This document shows, in pieces, positions 1 through 11,769 of a DNA stretch of 64,000 nucleotides (its first letter is position 1; each line of letters begins with the position of its first letter). The position numbers were made by a program, and so were the translations under genes. The notes under the pieces are model-generated. The model had not been told where the DNA came from and did not search any database. It saw only the letters and a list, made by a program, of their open reading frames with translations. Origin of the DNA: Nageia nagi (Eukaryota > Plantae > Pinophyta); the NCBI GenBank assembly GCA_050084985.1, contig JBITNC010000001.1:102300001-102364000 (forward strand), read 5' to 3'.

Positions 1-11
1 GAATAGGGAGT

Positions 12-2828
12 GTGAAGATTCATGGAAAGACTCTTGATAATGTCTTTTATGTGCCTAAACAAAGGATGAATCTTATCTTCGTAATTCAGATTACAAGGAA
101 AGGATACTCATTTGAATTTACCTCACACTCCTGGTGTGTTAAGAAAGGACTTGCCACCTTCATGAAAGGATCAGTAAAGGATGACCTTTATATTGTGGAT
201 CAAGTTCCTTCAAAGATTTGTCTTGCTGCAAATGTTTGTTCAAAGGGTAATCTTTGGCATCAACGATTAGGGCACCTTAACCACAAGAATATTCAAGATA
301 TGAAAACTCAAGAACTTGTGGAAGGTTTACCTAATATTTCACCCACAATTGGTCTTTGTAAAAGGTGCATTCTAGGAAAGATGAATAGGCAAAAGTTTGA
401 AAAAGATAAGGCAACTCGGGCTACTTGTCCTCTTCAGCTTGTGTATTCAGATTTGATGGGTCCGTTTCAGACTAAGTCTCTAGGGGGAGCTTCTTATGTT
501 CTGACCTTCATTGATGACTTCAGTAGGATGACATTTGGTTATCTACTTGAGCACAAGGATCAAACTTTTGACAGGTTTAAAGACTTTAAGGCACTTGTTG
601 AAAATCAAACTGATTTTAAGATCAAGATGCTGAGATCTGATAATGGGGGTGAGTATAATAGCAATGAGTTTAACGATTATTGTGTTAAACATGGGATCAA
701 GCGGCAATTCACAATCCCTTACACCCCTCAGCAAAATGGAGTTGCTGAAAGGAAGAATCGAACCATTATGGAAATGGCAAGGTGCATGTTGGGTAACCTT
801 CCTAGTTTCTTATGGGGAGAAGCTGTTCACACTGCTATTCACACCCTAAATAGGTGTCCTACTAAGGCAGTTGAAGGTAAAACTCCATATGAAGCATGGA
901 TAGGAAAGAAACCTAACCTCTCACACTTTAGGGTCTTCGGTTGTGATGCATTTGCCTTCATTACCTCAGAGAAAAGAAAGAAGCTAGATAAACGATCAGA
1001 AAAATGCATCTTTGTGGGGTATGATAATCAGCATAGAGGTTACAGGCTCTACTCCGCATCCCATAAAACAGTCTTTGTTTCTAGGGATGTCAAGTTCAAT
1101 GAACTTTCTGAGGATACGACCTCTCATGCTGAGGTGTCTGATTCAGATGATTCTTTGTCTGCACCTAACTGGTTGGATGATCATGTAGGGAAGTCACCAC
1201 AAGAGCAAAATTCTCCAGCTCAGAGAATTACAAGAAGTATGACCTTGAATAAATCCTTATTTGCCAAAATTGATAATACAAATGAGCCATCAACATTCAA
1301 AGAAGCTTCCAAGCAAGAGTGTTGGATGGAAACTATGAAAGTTGAGTATGAGGCGCTCATGAAAAATGAAACTTGGGATTTGGTTCCTTATCCCAATGAG
1401 AAAAATGTGATTGGAAATAAATGGATATACAAGGTCAAGTACAATTCTGATGGAAAAATTGAAAAATACAAAGCAAGGTTAGTGGCCAAAGGATTCGCTC
1501 AAAAATATGGTATTGATTATGAGGAAACCTTTGCTCCTATGGCCAAGATGCCTACTGTCAGAATAATCCTTGCTCTTTCTGCAGCTCAAGGATGGAAAGC
1601 TTTTCAACTTGATGTCAAAAGTGCATTTCTCAATGGTGACTTGATGTAGAAATCTACATGAATCAACCAGAAGGATTTATTCCAGAAGGAAAAGAGTCTC
1701 TTGTGTGCAAGCTAAAGAAGTCTTTGTATGGACTTAAGCAAGCACCTAGAGCATGGTACAAGAAAATTTCAGGATTCTTTGCAGATATTGGTTTTTCCAA
1801 GTGCTTCTCTGACTCAGATCTCTATGTACTCAATCAAGGAAAAGACGTGGTCTTAATTCTCCTTTATGTGGATGATCTTCTCATAACTGGCAATAATATT
1901 GAAATCATTCAAGAGTGCATCTCCAAACTGAAGGTAACATTTGAAATGACTGATTTAGGTCTTTTGCATTACTATCTTGGGATGCAAGTATACCAACACA
2001 AAGATTGTACTTATCTTAGTCAATCTAAGTATATATCAGACATCTTGCAAAAGTTTGGAATGGAGGAGTGTAAATATGCTGCAATACCTATTTCTCCTGG
2101 AATCGTTGTATCACTGAGCTCAGATTCTCAGTTGGCTGATGCTACAGCTTATAGGCAATTGATTGGTAGTCTTTTGTATCTGACTATCTCTCGACCTAAT
2201 ATTGCCTTTGCAGTGAATCTGATGGCACGATTCATGCAAAAACCATATGTTGAACACCTCAATGCTGTTAAGCAAATCTTGAGGTATGTAGCAGGGACAA
2301 AGGATCTTGCTCTTAAGTATTCCAAAGTGCCCTCGATTGTTCTCTCCGGGTTCTCAGATTCTGATTATGGGGGAGATAGAGATGACAGGAAATCAACCTC
2401 TGCATGTGTTCAACCTTGGTTCAGGTGCTATCTCTTGGGCTTCCAAGAAGCAACCTACTGTCACTTTTTCTACCACCGAAGCCGAATATCGAGCCATGTC
2501 TGTTGCCGCCCAAGATGTCATTTGGCTGAGGCATCTTCTGAACGAAATTGGGTATGAGCAAAATGGCCCATCTCTTATCTCTTCAGACAATCAATCGGCT
2601 ATCTCTTTGGCTAAGAATCCTGTGTTCCATCAGAGAACCAAACATATGGAAATCCAAGCCCATTTTATCAGGGAGAAGGTTCTAGATGACATCATACACT
2701 TGAAGTATTGTCCATCTACTGAAAACTCCGCTGATTTGTTCACCAAGCCCCTTCCTGAAGCTCAGTTCAGCAAGCTTAGGGATTCTCTAGGGTTGGTGAA
2801 GTTGCCCTCAAGGGGGAGTGAAGTTTGA
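12..2828 (+). pseudogene. Ty1/Copia pol (gag-pre-integrase, integrase, RT, RNase H); 5' part outside window; two frameshifts
   Basis: LWHQRLGH..C..C, integrase SDNGGEY and YTPQQNGVAERKNRT, RT YKARLVAKGF, LYGLKQAPRAW and LYVDDLL, RNase H FSDSD, AISWASKKQ and SADLFTKPL. Order INT-RT-RH is Copia. Frameshifts near 1645 and 2405. Confidence 0.97.
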
Positions 2829-2883
2829 ATTTTTGTTAGTGATGACAACTTCACCTCTAAGAGACCTTTTTGATTGTACATTC

Positions 2884-3251
2884 TATACCTCCGTGGTAAG
2901 TTTGCTCTGCGTGACAAACTTATTGTACAATTGTTGTTATAGAGTGTTGATTATTTTATACCTCCGTGGTAAGTTTGCTCTGCGTGACAAACTTGTTGTA
3001 CATTCTATACCTCCGTGGTAAGTTTGCTCTGCGTGACAAACTTGTTGTAAATTTATACCTCCGTGGTAAGTTTGCTCTGCGTGACAAACTTGTACATTTT
3101 ATACCTCCGTGGTAAGTTTGCTCTGCGTGAGAAACTTGTTGTACAATTTTTGAGCATATAATTAATATACCTCCGTGGTAAGTTCGCTCTGCGTGAGGAA
3201 CTTGTTGTACATTCTATACCTCCGTGGTGAGTTTGCTCTACGTGAGAAACT
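2884..3251 (+). repeat. Seven-copy tandem array of a 37-bp core in the Copia 3' UTR
   Basis: Core tatacctccgtggtaagtttgctctgcgtgacaaact starts at 2884, 2957, 3006, 3054, 3100, 3166 and 3215. Confidence 0.97.
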
Positions 3252-3731
3252 CGTACAATTTTTATGCTCTATTAAAAATCAACACATGTCTATATACAAC
3301 AGGTGACTATGAGTGATGGCTTGGCATCTCCATGATGACTTATAGTGCACCATTGATCAATTATTTATAAGATGGCATTATTTGATTCTCTTATTTGAAT
3401 ATATGATGCATCTAACTGATTTTGTTCATGAGTTGCTTGTAGCATGCAGGATCTTCTTCAGAAATGCAAGTTACTCACCTTGTGTAAGCAAGATCATGGA
3501 GACTCACATGTCAGCTTAAAGTTGATCGACTACTATGTACAGTGAAACCAATTGTGGTTAATGATTGTATTGTAAACCATTTTTGTCAAATGGTAATGTA
3601 GTGAGTCTCAAACTAGTTCTCAAAAAGATTCTCAAATATGTAAATGTTCTCATCTCCACTTGTATCTCTATGGAGGAGAACTCTCTCTTACTCTCTCTTC
3701 TCTCTTCTACACTCTATCCCAATATTGCATT

Positions 3732-4347
3732 AAGGGGGAGTGTTAGAATTTGTAATGAAATATTGTGAATATCTAAACTCTTTGTAAATTCAATTAATCA
3801 CTTAAAGGATATGTAGATACCTTAAGGGATTAATTGAATTCTTTATTTTGTAGACTTTGACTTTACCAAGTGGTTAGTTGGTAGGTTAAAGTTAGGTGAT
3901 ACATTTATTGTAACCCTAACCTTACCCTTGGGTTAAAGGGAGGTTAGGGAGGTGCTCTCAAGCTATAAATAGAGGGCCTCTCCTCTTGTAACATAACTAA
4001 GTTTTTGGAGTAAGATTACTCTACTAGTTGTGTAGGAGAGGAAGAGAATAGTTGTAAGAGGGGCATACTTGAGAATTGAGATACTAGTTGTGGATGTACT
4101 CCCAAGGAGGGAGGAACCACATTACACTTGTGTTATCTTGTGTGATTGTGTTATCTTGTGTATGATTGAGTTTCCTAGTCTTGGTCCTTGAGGATTTGTT
4201 TAGATCTAGTCTAACTCCTTCAATTGCAACCATTTTGAAAATAGTTGTGTTACTCTCACTTCATATTTTCTAGAAGTTTTTTTGTGATTGCCTTGTGATT
4301 CAGAGGTGAAGATAGTTTAGGTCTTTTGATTGGCTAATGTTTTAATA
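3732..4347 (+). mobile_element. PPT and 3' LTR of the Copia element (right end approximate)
   Basis: PPT aagggggag at 3732-3740 directly before TGTTAG at 3741. TATAAATA at 3964. Probable end ...gttttaata (CA>TA) near 4347. Confidence 0.75.
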
Positions 4348-5122
4348 GCAATGTCATCTTAGCCCCAATGGCATTGTTTGTTAACTAATGTTTTGAGAAC
4401 AATGTTAACCTAGCACCATGGAAGTGTAGCACATGTTGAAGGACAGTTTTCTTTGATGATGCCAAGATGGTTGAGTTTTGTTGGAGCTAGTTTGTGGATG
4501 AAGAAATTATGATTACTAAACACCTTTCTTCGCGATTTTATGTGTAGAGAAGGTTGTTGACATAAGTTTTCTTCATATCTCCTTTACTTTGACATATTTG
4601 ATGAGCTTTGAAGAAAGTGTATGATATAGATCATACGTTGTGAATGTGGGATATCACATCTTATGTTAGCATGCTATATGTGGGGGACTTAGTGTGTGTG
4701 TTTCTTTATGCACATCTTTCTTGTATTCATGGTGGAGAATATTATTCTTCACAACTTGTTTCTCTTCATTCAAGAGAGATTTGTTGGTGATTGGTTTGAG
4801 TTCTTTATTTCTGGAGCTTTCATCTTCCTTGGAATGACCTATGTTGAAGAAAATATTTTCTTCATGGTTTCTTAGAGGAGACTTGATTGCACTTCATTAT
4901 TTTCATACTTCATATGCTTCTCTTATTGTTTAGATGGAGATATGTTTGTCTATTGTGGCATTTTTACCCCTTAGATTTAAGTAAAGGGGAGGGGGAACAT
5001 TGAGCTTAATCCTTGAGGTGGATCTTTTGAGGAGATTGCTTATTTTTGTTGGTAAAGAATGTTCTACACACCTTGAGGCACATATGTTTTGGTTTCATTT
5101 CTTTCTTAATCCCTTTCGGATT

Positions 5123-5424
5123 AAGGGGGGAATGTTGGAAACTTGATCCTTAGGGATTAAAGTTGATTGTAAATATTAATTAGCTTTAGGTGTGTGAGTG
5201 GAAATATTTTGTATTTAGTATTTTCATATTTATAAATGGGAGACATTCCACATGTCATTAGGAAGTCCAAGTGTTATTAGGAAGTTAAAGAGTCATTAGG
5301 AGTTTTTAGGGTTTCTTGAAGGAGTTATGTATCCTCCTCTTTTTATGCTTATCCAATTGGAATGTAACTTGGCATTTTGGAGTTAATAATATTTCATATT
5401 TGCATCCTTATATTGGGCCTTACA
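5123..5424 (+). mobile_element. PPT plus short degenerate LTR of an older retroelement
   Basis: aaggggggaa followed by TGTTGG at 5133, ending ...gggccttaCA at 5424. Confidence 0.5.
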
Positions 5425-5573
5425 TATATAATTATAAATTAGCAAAGTTACACTAACATAGGCTACATATAGTCACCCAACAAACTTGTTTGACCCATCA
5501 ACATATTAAAATAGGCTAGATAAAAGACGACCCATATATATATAATAAAATAACCCCTTTAGATAGCAACAAA

Positions 5574-5910
5574 TTGAAAGTACAAATCATAAATAAAATA
5601 ATTCAACTTTTTTGGAACGATGATAATATAAAAAATAAAAGAAAACTAACCTACTATAGAAACATTATTAATCCAACACTAAAACATCCATCCTACCCAC
5701 ATAAAATCATCAATATCAATAAAAAAGTTGTGATCACAAACTTAAGAACTAATTCACATGAACTACATAACAAAATTGATAGATAGCCAATGCCTAAACA
5801 AATTGGGATAATAGAATATTTAAAGCTTTCTAACCTAAATGTCGTAGAAGATGAAACTCACTTTTTTCCTTATATATCCACTTTACAAAGATATTAGACA
5901 AATTTATAAA
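5574..5910 (+). mobile_element. Degenerate 3' end of a non-LTR retrotransposon ORF (RTE-X/CR1-group-like C-terminus)
   Basis: RKLTYY...ITNLRTNSHEL...NVVEDETHFF..(C>Y)PLYKDIR resembles the R..SH.L..E.GR...VEDE.HF...CP.Y..IR C-terminal motif. Confidence 0.6.
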
Positions 5911-8358
5911 GATATTTATAATTACTGCTTGATCCATGAATTCTTATACCAAGATAATCAAAACAAGATTAGCAATTTTATTATGCAACTTAATTCTATT
6001 AGAAAAAATTATTCAAATGCATAATTTAATTATAATCATCTTTGGATAAACTTTGATAGGTCCTACAAACCATTGGGTTTAAAAGGACGTTACAAGACTT
6101 TTGTTATGTACTTGTTTAAAGAGTGTTTTGGATAATCCTCAAGAACCCCTTGATTTTGTGATTATCATGAAGGTTGTTGCTCATGATAAATTTAATCATG
6201 CTTTAGCTATCTTATAAATGAATCCTCAACCTCTTTCAAAGTAACTTCCCAATCCTTTTTGTCCCAACCCCCATCATATCCACCTAAAACCAAGGATCGT
6301 AAATTCTTGCAATACCTTCCATAAACATCACAATCTATTTTAATAATAGGGTAAAAACATCATCAAAAAAGCGCAAGTTTTATCAAGATCCCAAAACCTA
6401 TCATATGATAACCCTTTAAGGGATTAGACCAAGAATGGAGCAAGGATGCTACCCAGCTATAACCTAAAAGAAACCAAAAAGTAACTCCTAGTCTATCTAT
6501 AATAGATCTACATAAACAAAAAACATATTCTAACCAACTACTACACAGCTATGACCTGATGGTCGCTAAAAATTAACCTACCCCACTTACAAAATATTGA
6601 GATACAAACTTCTAGTTTCTCGTTGAAGCACAATTGTAGCCCAATTGTAGTTTTATAAATTATTTACGAACCTTTTCCTGGGCCCAAGAGGTGCCTAGAC
6701 TATTAAAAATTTTCCTAATAGGTTGTCGCTATTTCTTTTGTTCTCCTATCTCTTAACTTGTGCTTAGATTATCTTCCCATACATTTGAGTTTTTCCCATT
6801 TGTTCTATGCTTCAAAAAAGCTCCAAGGCCTCATTTTTATAGGCTTGGGGCCTTCGATTTTTTACAATAAAATATTTGGTACTTGAAGCTACCCCTGAAA
6901 AATCATTACAACTCTTAATATGAGTCAAATTTGGTGATGGCCTTCAAGAGCAAAAATACAAGCTTTAGAAATTATAAAGGCTCCTTACACATGCTAAGAG
7001 ACAAAACAAGCCAAATACCTCCAAATATGGCTTGGATGGATCCAATCACATCCCACCACATGTCAAGGTTTGATGGAGTGAAAAAAATCAAATTAATTGC
7101 CAAAAATGGGTCCCTTCCCTCTTTATCCCAAGTGGCATTTAAAATATCAATTGATTAGCAGATATTACTATGTTTTGTTTTAAAAAAAATACCTTATCAA
7201 ATCCCCAAACATGAAATGGAGAGACAGATTCAATAGGGGGTTGCCACTCCCATTCTTCTCAACATACCTACAAAAAAAACTTACCAAAGTGGGCGGATTA
7301 AATGAGGGGCTGCCACTTGGCAAGCTTGCAACACCTTAGTCCTACATTGAAAACCCTCATATGTGCACAATAGAAAAGGGGTCGTCTAACAGGAAAAGAG
7401 GGGAACGAAGTTAAATTGGGGGGGGCACTCACCAAGTGATGGGTCAATCCCCCTATCCCTGCATCATTTGCCAATCGCGCAAGACATAAAGAGAGGGGGG
7501 GAGGGGTTGATCATTTAGAAGTCTACCATGTGGCGTCCTTGCCCTTTCACCAGCATGTGGTTCTCGTCAATGCCTTCAAACTCTACCAACACCACATCAC
7601 TAGTAATAGGTCCCACATGCATCGGTACACATGCAAGCCTCGCCTATCATGCCTCAAAACTACCAACCACATTTGTATTACATGCTATACCACATCATCT
7701 AATTGTGCATTGTTGACTGAGATGTTGACTCAGCTACTGACATGGCATGTGGGTCCCACTTGTTATTTTATTTTTGCCACAAACTTCAAACTAGCATAAC
7801 TTTCACAAACGATGTCTATTTTCTTCGTCGTTCAAACCATTGAAGAGTTGAAGATAAGATCTGCAACTTGGAGATGATAAACATAGCTTTTGAGATAGTG
7901 GGATTTTTAACTTACAAATGATCTAATAATCACATTTCGGACCAAACCCCCTAGCTACTTAAAAACAAAACAAAACTTTTCAAAATCCCTTGTAAAATCA
8001 CAATCAAGAGGAAACAAAAGCTCAAGTATAAACTATCTTAAAGGGACAAAACTGTGTTAAAATGCAACACCTTTCAATTATGAAAAAGTTGAAACAAATA
8101 TTCAAGACGGCTATATTGATTGTCTTGAAACTACAAAAGAAACTCATACTTCAGTTCAAACTTTGTTTGAAAAAGATGGGATAACTAAAGCGAATTTCTA
8201 CAATGGTCACCTTTTTATCAAGGCAATTATTAGATATCATGAAAAAGATGGAATCATATTAGAGAATGGTGTACAATTGAATTTCTATATAAATGACTTA
8301 TTTTTTTAATCATATCTATTATGAAGAAGATATTTCATTTTTGAAAATTACAATCACA

Positions 8359-9554
8359 TGTGATGTCCCCCTTTGAGTATTGTAATTAATTCTGGAATCC
8401 AACGGATTCCCTCTTTGTACATATTAAATTATTTAATTGTGTTTTATTAGTTAGGACTTGGGATAGAAGATATAAAGGTCCATTGGACCCCATTGTGAGC
8501 CCCAAGTGGGACATCTCCCTCCAAGTATAGTTTAGTGTGATTTAATGTAATTGGATATCCCGAAAAGTGATTGTGGGAATCCCAAGGGTTATTTAGCACT
8601 TAGAGCATGGATAGTCACCTTATGGCCTCAACGTTGAGATTGGGAGAACTTGTACACATGTGCCAACCTTGGGGAGACTCTTAGATCCCCATGTTGGCCC
8701 ATGACACCCACGCATGCCTCCTAGGTGTCCATGCATGCCTCCTTGACCCACGCATGACCTCTTAAGTCCACGTTGAGCTTGGGGACCCACATGGAGCATA
8801 AGTGATGCTTTGATACCCATGTTGGGCATGGAATGACCCCTAGGCACCATCGTTGGGGTTTGAGGGGTTGGATGATGACTTTGAGGTGAGATCCAAATCC
8901 AGTGTCAGCTAGATCTAGAGACATAGATTATTGATTATTACTCATATTGTCCAATGGATAGAAGTCTTGGCGCAACGTTAAGCAATATCCCTAGGTGCAA
9001 CATTTAGGAGGGTTAACAGGCTTAGAGATGCTATTGATCTACGGCTAAGGTGCAACATTTTAATCCATCTGGTGGCATTCCGAGGTCGCATTCCTACCAT
9101 TCAATTGGTTGCCAGGGTTTGGAGAGAGCTCCTTCGATGGAGAGGATTCAGATTCTGAGGGAGTGAGGTTCTCCCATTCAATGTTTCGTCCGTCCAACAT
9201 TAATCACATTTGTTGTGCCCTCATTGGTTCCTTGGAGGCCAACATTGAGCCCTATGGGCTTTGTATTGTATCATTGTCCATTTTGTATCATTAATACAAG
9301 TCGTGGGCTATTGGATCTCATATTCTATTATGCACTTGTCCATATTTGCAACGTTGTGGTGTATTTGATCATTAATGCATTTATGAGCCAGATATTGGCA
9401 TTTGCATGTTGATTGAGCTTGTATTTGATGCCCTAACCCTAACGTTGGCATATTGAGGTGTTTGATGCTTGTAATTCCCCTTCTAGGCTAGACGTTGGTG
9501 CATACTTGTGTGTTTTGGTTTAATTGCACTTGAATTTACAATTGGGATTCTACA
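8359..9554 (+). mobile_element. Solo LTR, TSD TCACA
   Basis: TGTGATGTCCCC...GGGATTCTACA with tcaca at 8354-8358 and 9555-9559. Confidence 0.88.
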
Positions 9555-9595
9555 TCACAACATATGATGGTTGTGAAAAAGAATCCATCAGTTGT

Positions 9596-10547
9596 TGTAA
9601 TGTCCCCATTTTTGGCATCTCACTCATCTCGACATCACAATGTATTGATTAGGCTTCATGGAGTGGGATGCCCCTCTCTAAGAGCGCTTAGGAGTGAAAT
9701 TTCATGGTTAAGAGTGATTTCTACTAAAATAGGAGTGTACTTGATATTTTTGGGACGTTATCTCGTGATTCAAGATGTAATAATGTGTCTGGCAAACCCA
9801 AGATAAGACGCCCCATATTGAAGTGAATTTTGCAATTTTCAAGGCAAGAATTGAGCATTTGGAAAAGTCAAACATGATAATCATATTTTCTCACAAGACA
9901 AAGTCGGCCATGTCACATTTAATGATCATTTTTTTGTATTTATACCTAGAGCATCTCAATTGGGAAGGCATCATTCGACATCAAATCATCTTCTTCTTCA
10001 AGGAGTGGCTAGATCAACCTTCTTGCAGACGAAAACCCCTAGGGCAATCATTGGAGGATTCATTTAGAGCTTCATTGATACTTCAGCATTCAAGATTGCA
10101 CATTTGAGGAGTCTTGGAGTGGAGCGCCCATCTTTAGGAGGCATCTTGGTGCATCTTGCACCCTTCTTCAACCTTCCAAGTAGTTTGCCTAGCCTTGGAG
10201 AGCCAAAAACATATTTTTGAGTATCTTAATACACTTGTTTCAGCCCCTAGGTGGTTCGTCCACTTTCTAGGGTGCCCTACTTGCTCATTTGATATTCATA
10301 CTTGGTTGTTATGGTGGATGAAGTTGATTGATACTTAATTCTGCTTTTTGTGGCTCATGCACATGCATTTTCAGTAATTGTTTCAGATCTGAAATTAGGG
10401 CCTAATTTGTTTAAATCTGAAATGTTGATGCATAAAGTTGTATGAACTTGAAGTGCCTTGGTGAATGAAATTAGTATCTAGGGCATCATTTGGAAAACCT
10501 GAAATTTAAGAGAATGATTCATGCTTTTCCTAGTTTGGGTCATTACA
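9596..10547 (+). mobile_element. Solo LTR, TSD GTTGT
   Basis: TGTAATGTCCCC...GGGTCATTACA terminal inverted repeat; gttgt at 9591-9595 and 10548-10552. Confidence 0.9.
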
Positions 10548-11526
10548 GTTGTGGTATCATAGCTATTCGAATTGGTCATTAAAAACTTCAAATATTAGTC
10601 CATATAGCTCCAGATGATAAACCATTTCACATCCTACTTGGGAAACATAAATAACACAAATACCATACCTTCAACAATGCATCAATGTGCTAAATTTCCC
10701 TGATAAATGATAATTAGTTTGGAAAGGAAACCACAAAATCAGAAACACATCAGAATTCAGAGGAAGATCAACTCAATAAGTAGAATTCAATTAAATAGTC
10801 AAAGAAAAAGAAAATTCAGTTTATATTTCCATTTCTTTATATAGAGTTAGAGATGTTGTCTGTGATATTTATTTCACACTTTCAATTACATTTAAATGTG
10901 CTCCTTTTTATACCTATGGATTAACTCATGCAAGTTTAACTTGCAATTGCTCTATTACTAAAGCATGTTCACAATATATATAACAGTTCTCATTTCTCTT
11001 ATTATAATGGGAATAAGTAATAACCTTCTTAAGAGATATCCATAACATCGTACGTTTAAACTGGTGAAACATTTTAAATATTTTATCCTTAATATTCTAC
11101 ATAATAAGGTATCGATAAATTCTCTAGCACTTTGATATTTGATATAATATTGGTAAAACAAAATCACATACTTTACCATGTGACTCAACCTGTTGAAAAG
11201 AAGTGAAGTCATGTTGAGCCATCTTCGCGTAAGTTGAGATGACCAAAATTTGGGTTATATTTCTATATTTTGAACCATAGTCAAACCAATCTTTAAGTAT
11301 GATTCTAGTTGATTTTTCTAGTGTCCAATTATGAAATAAGCACAACATTAATAAATGAATATTTTGTTTGAATGATACAATAATCGTTTTCCACCATTAT
11401 AACGTTTATAAACAAATGGACTGATATATATAGTTTAGGGTTTAATATATCTCCTTGTAGGTTTCATTTACTGTCAACTTTACTTGCTCCATGAACACAA
11501 GATATCATATGAACATTAAGCAAGAG

Positions 11527-11769
11527 CTACAACATGTTGTCTGATGAAAAAGGAAATGGAAATGGCAAACATATAAGCAACCCCAGAATCAAAACTATTA
11601 CACCTAAGAAAACACTTCTGTCATCAGGTTGAGATACCTCTTCTGCTTGTGGAGCAACAGGACCTCTTTGCAAGAACAAGATGAGTGCAACCCAGTAAAA
11701 TGCAACATCATTGAACAAAGCTGAGAGACCAAGCAATGCAATCGACACACCTGTAACTCGTGTCCACAC
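11527..11769 (-). CDS. EGY2: EGY2-like M50 metalloprotease, last exon
   Basis: Acceptor ttgtag. VWTRVTGVSIALLGLSALFNDVAFYWVALILFLQRGPVAP...CLPFPF; TAG at 11527-11529. Confidence 0.95.
   Translation of the reverse strand: MWTRVTGVSIALLGLSALFNDVAFYWVALILFLQRGPVAPQAEEVSQPDDRSVFLGVIVLILGLLICLPFPFPFSSDNML

Larger units (their letters stand above)
8190..10700 (+). pseudogene. Gypsy-type aspartic protease remnant interrupted by two solo LTRs
   Basis: Removing both LTRs joins KITIT-TYDGCEKESISC-GIIAIRIG in frame, followed by PFHILLGK..IPSTMHQCAKF (cf. LLGRPW..VPSTLHQCxKF). Confidence 0.65.

Noticed and set aside
2884-3251. CRISPR-like look (37-bp repeats with variable spacers)
   Set aside because: The linkers are related to each other and irregular in length, there are no cas genes, and the array lies in a eukaryotic Copia 3' UTR.
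6030-8190. Short ORFs and G-rich motifs
   Set aside because: No recognisable domain or termini. Like most 60-150 aa ORFs in the track, these are probably chance or antisense frames in decayed repeats.
10552-10563. PBS-like tggtatcatagc just after LTR 9596-10547
   Set aside because: It overlaps a perfect TSD, and the protease frame continues across the empty site, so a solo LTR plus coincidence fits better.
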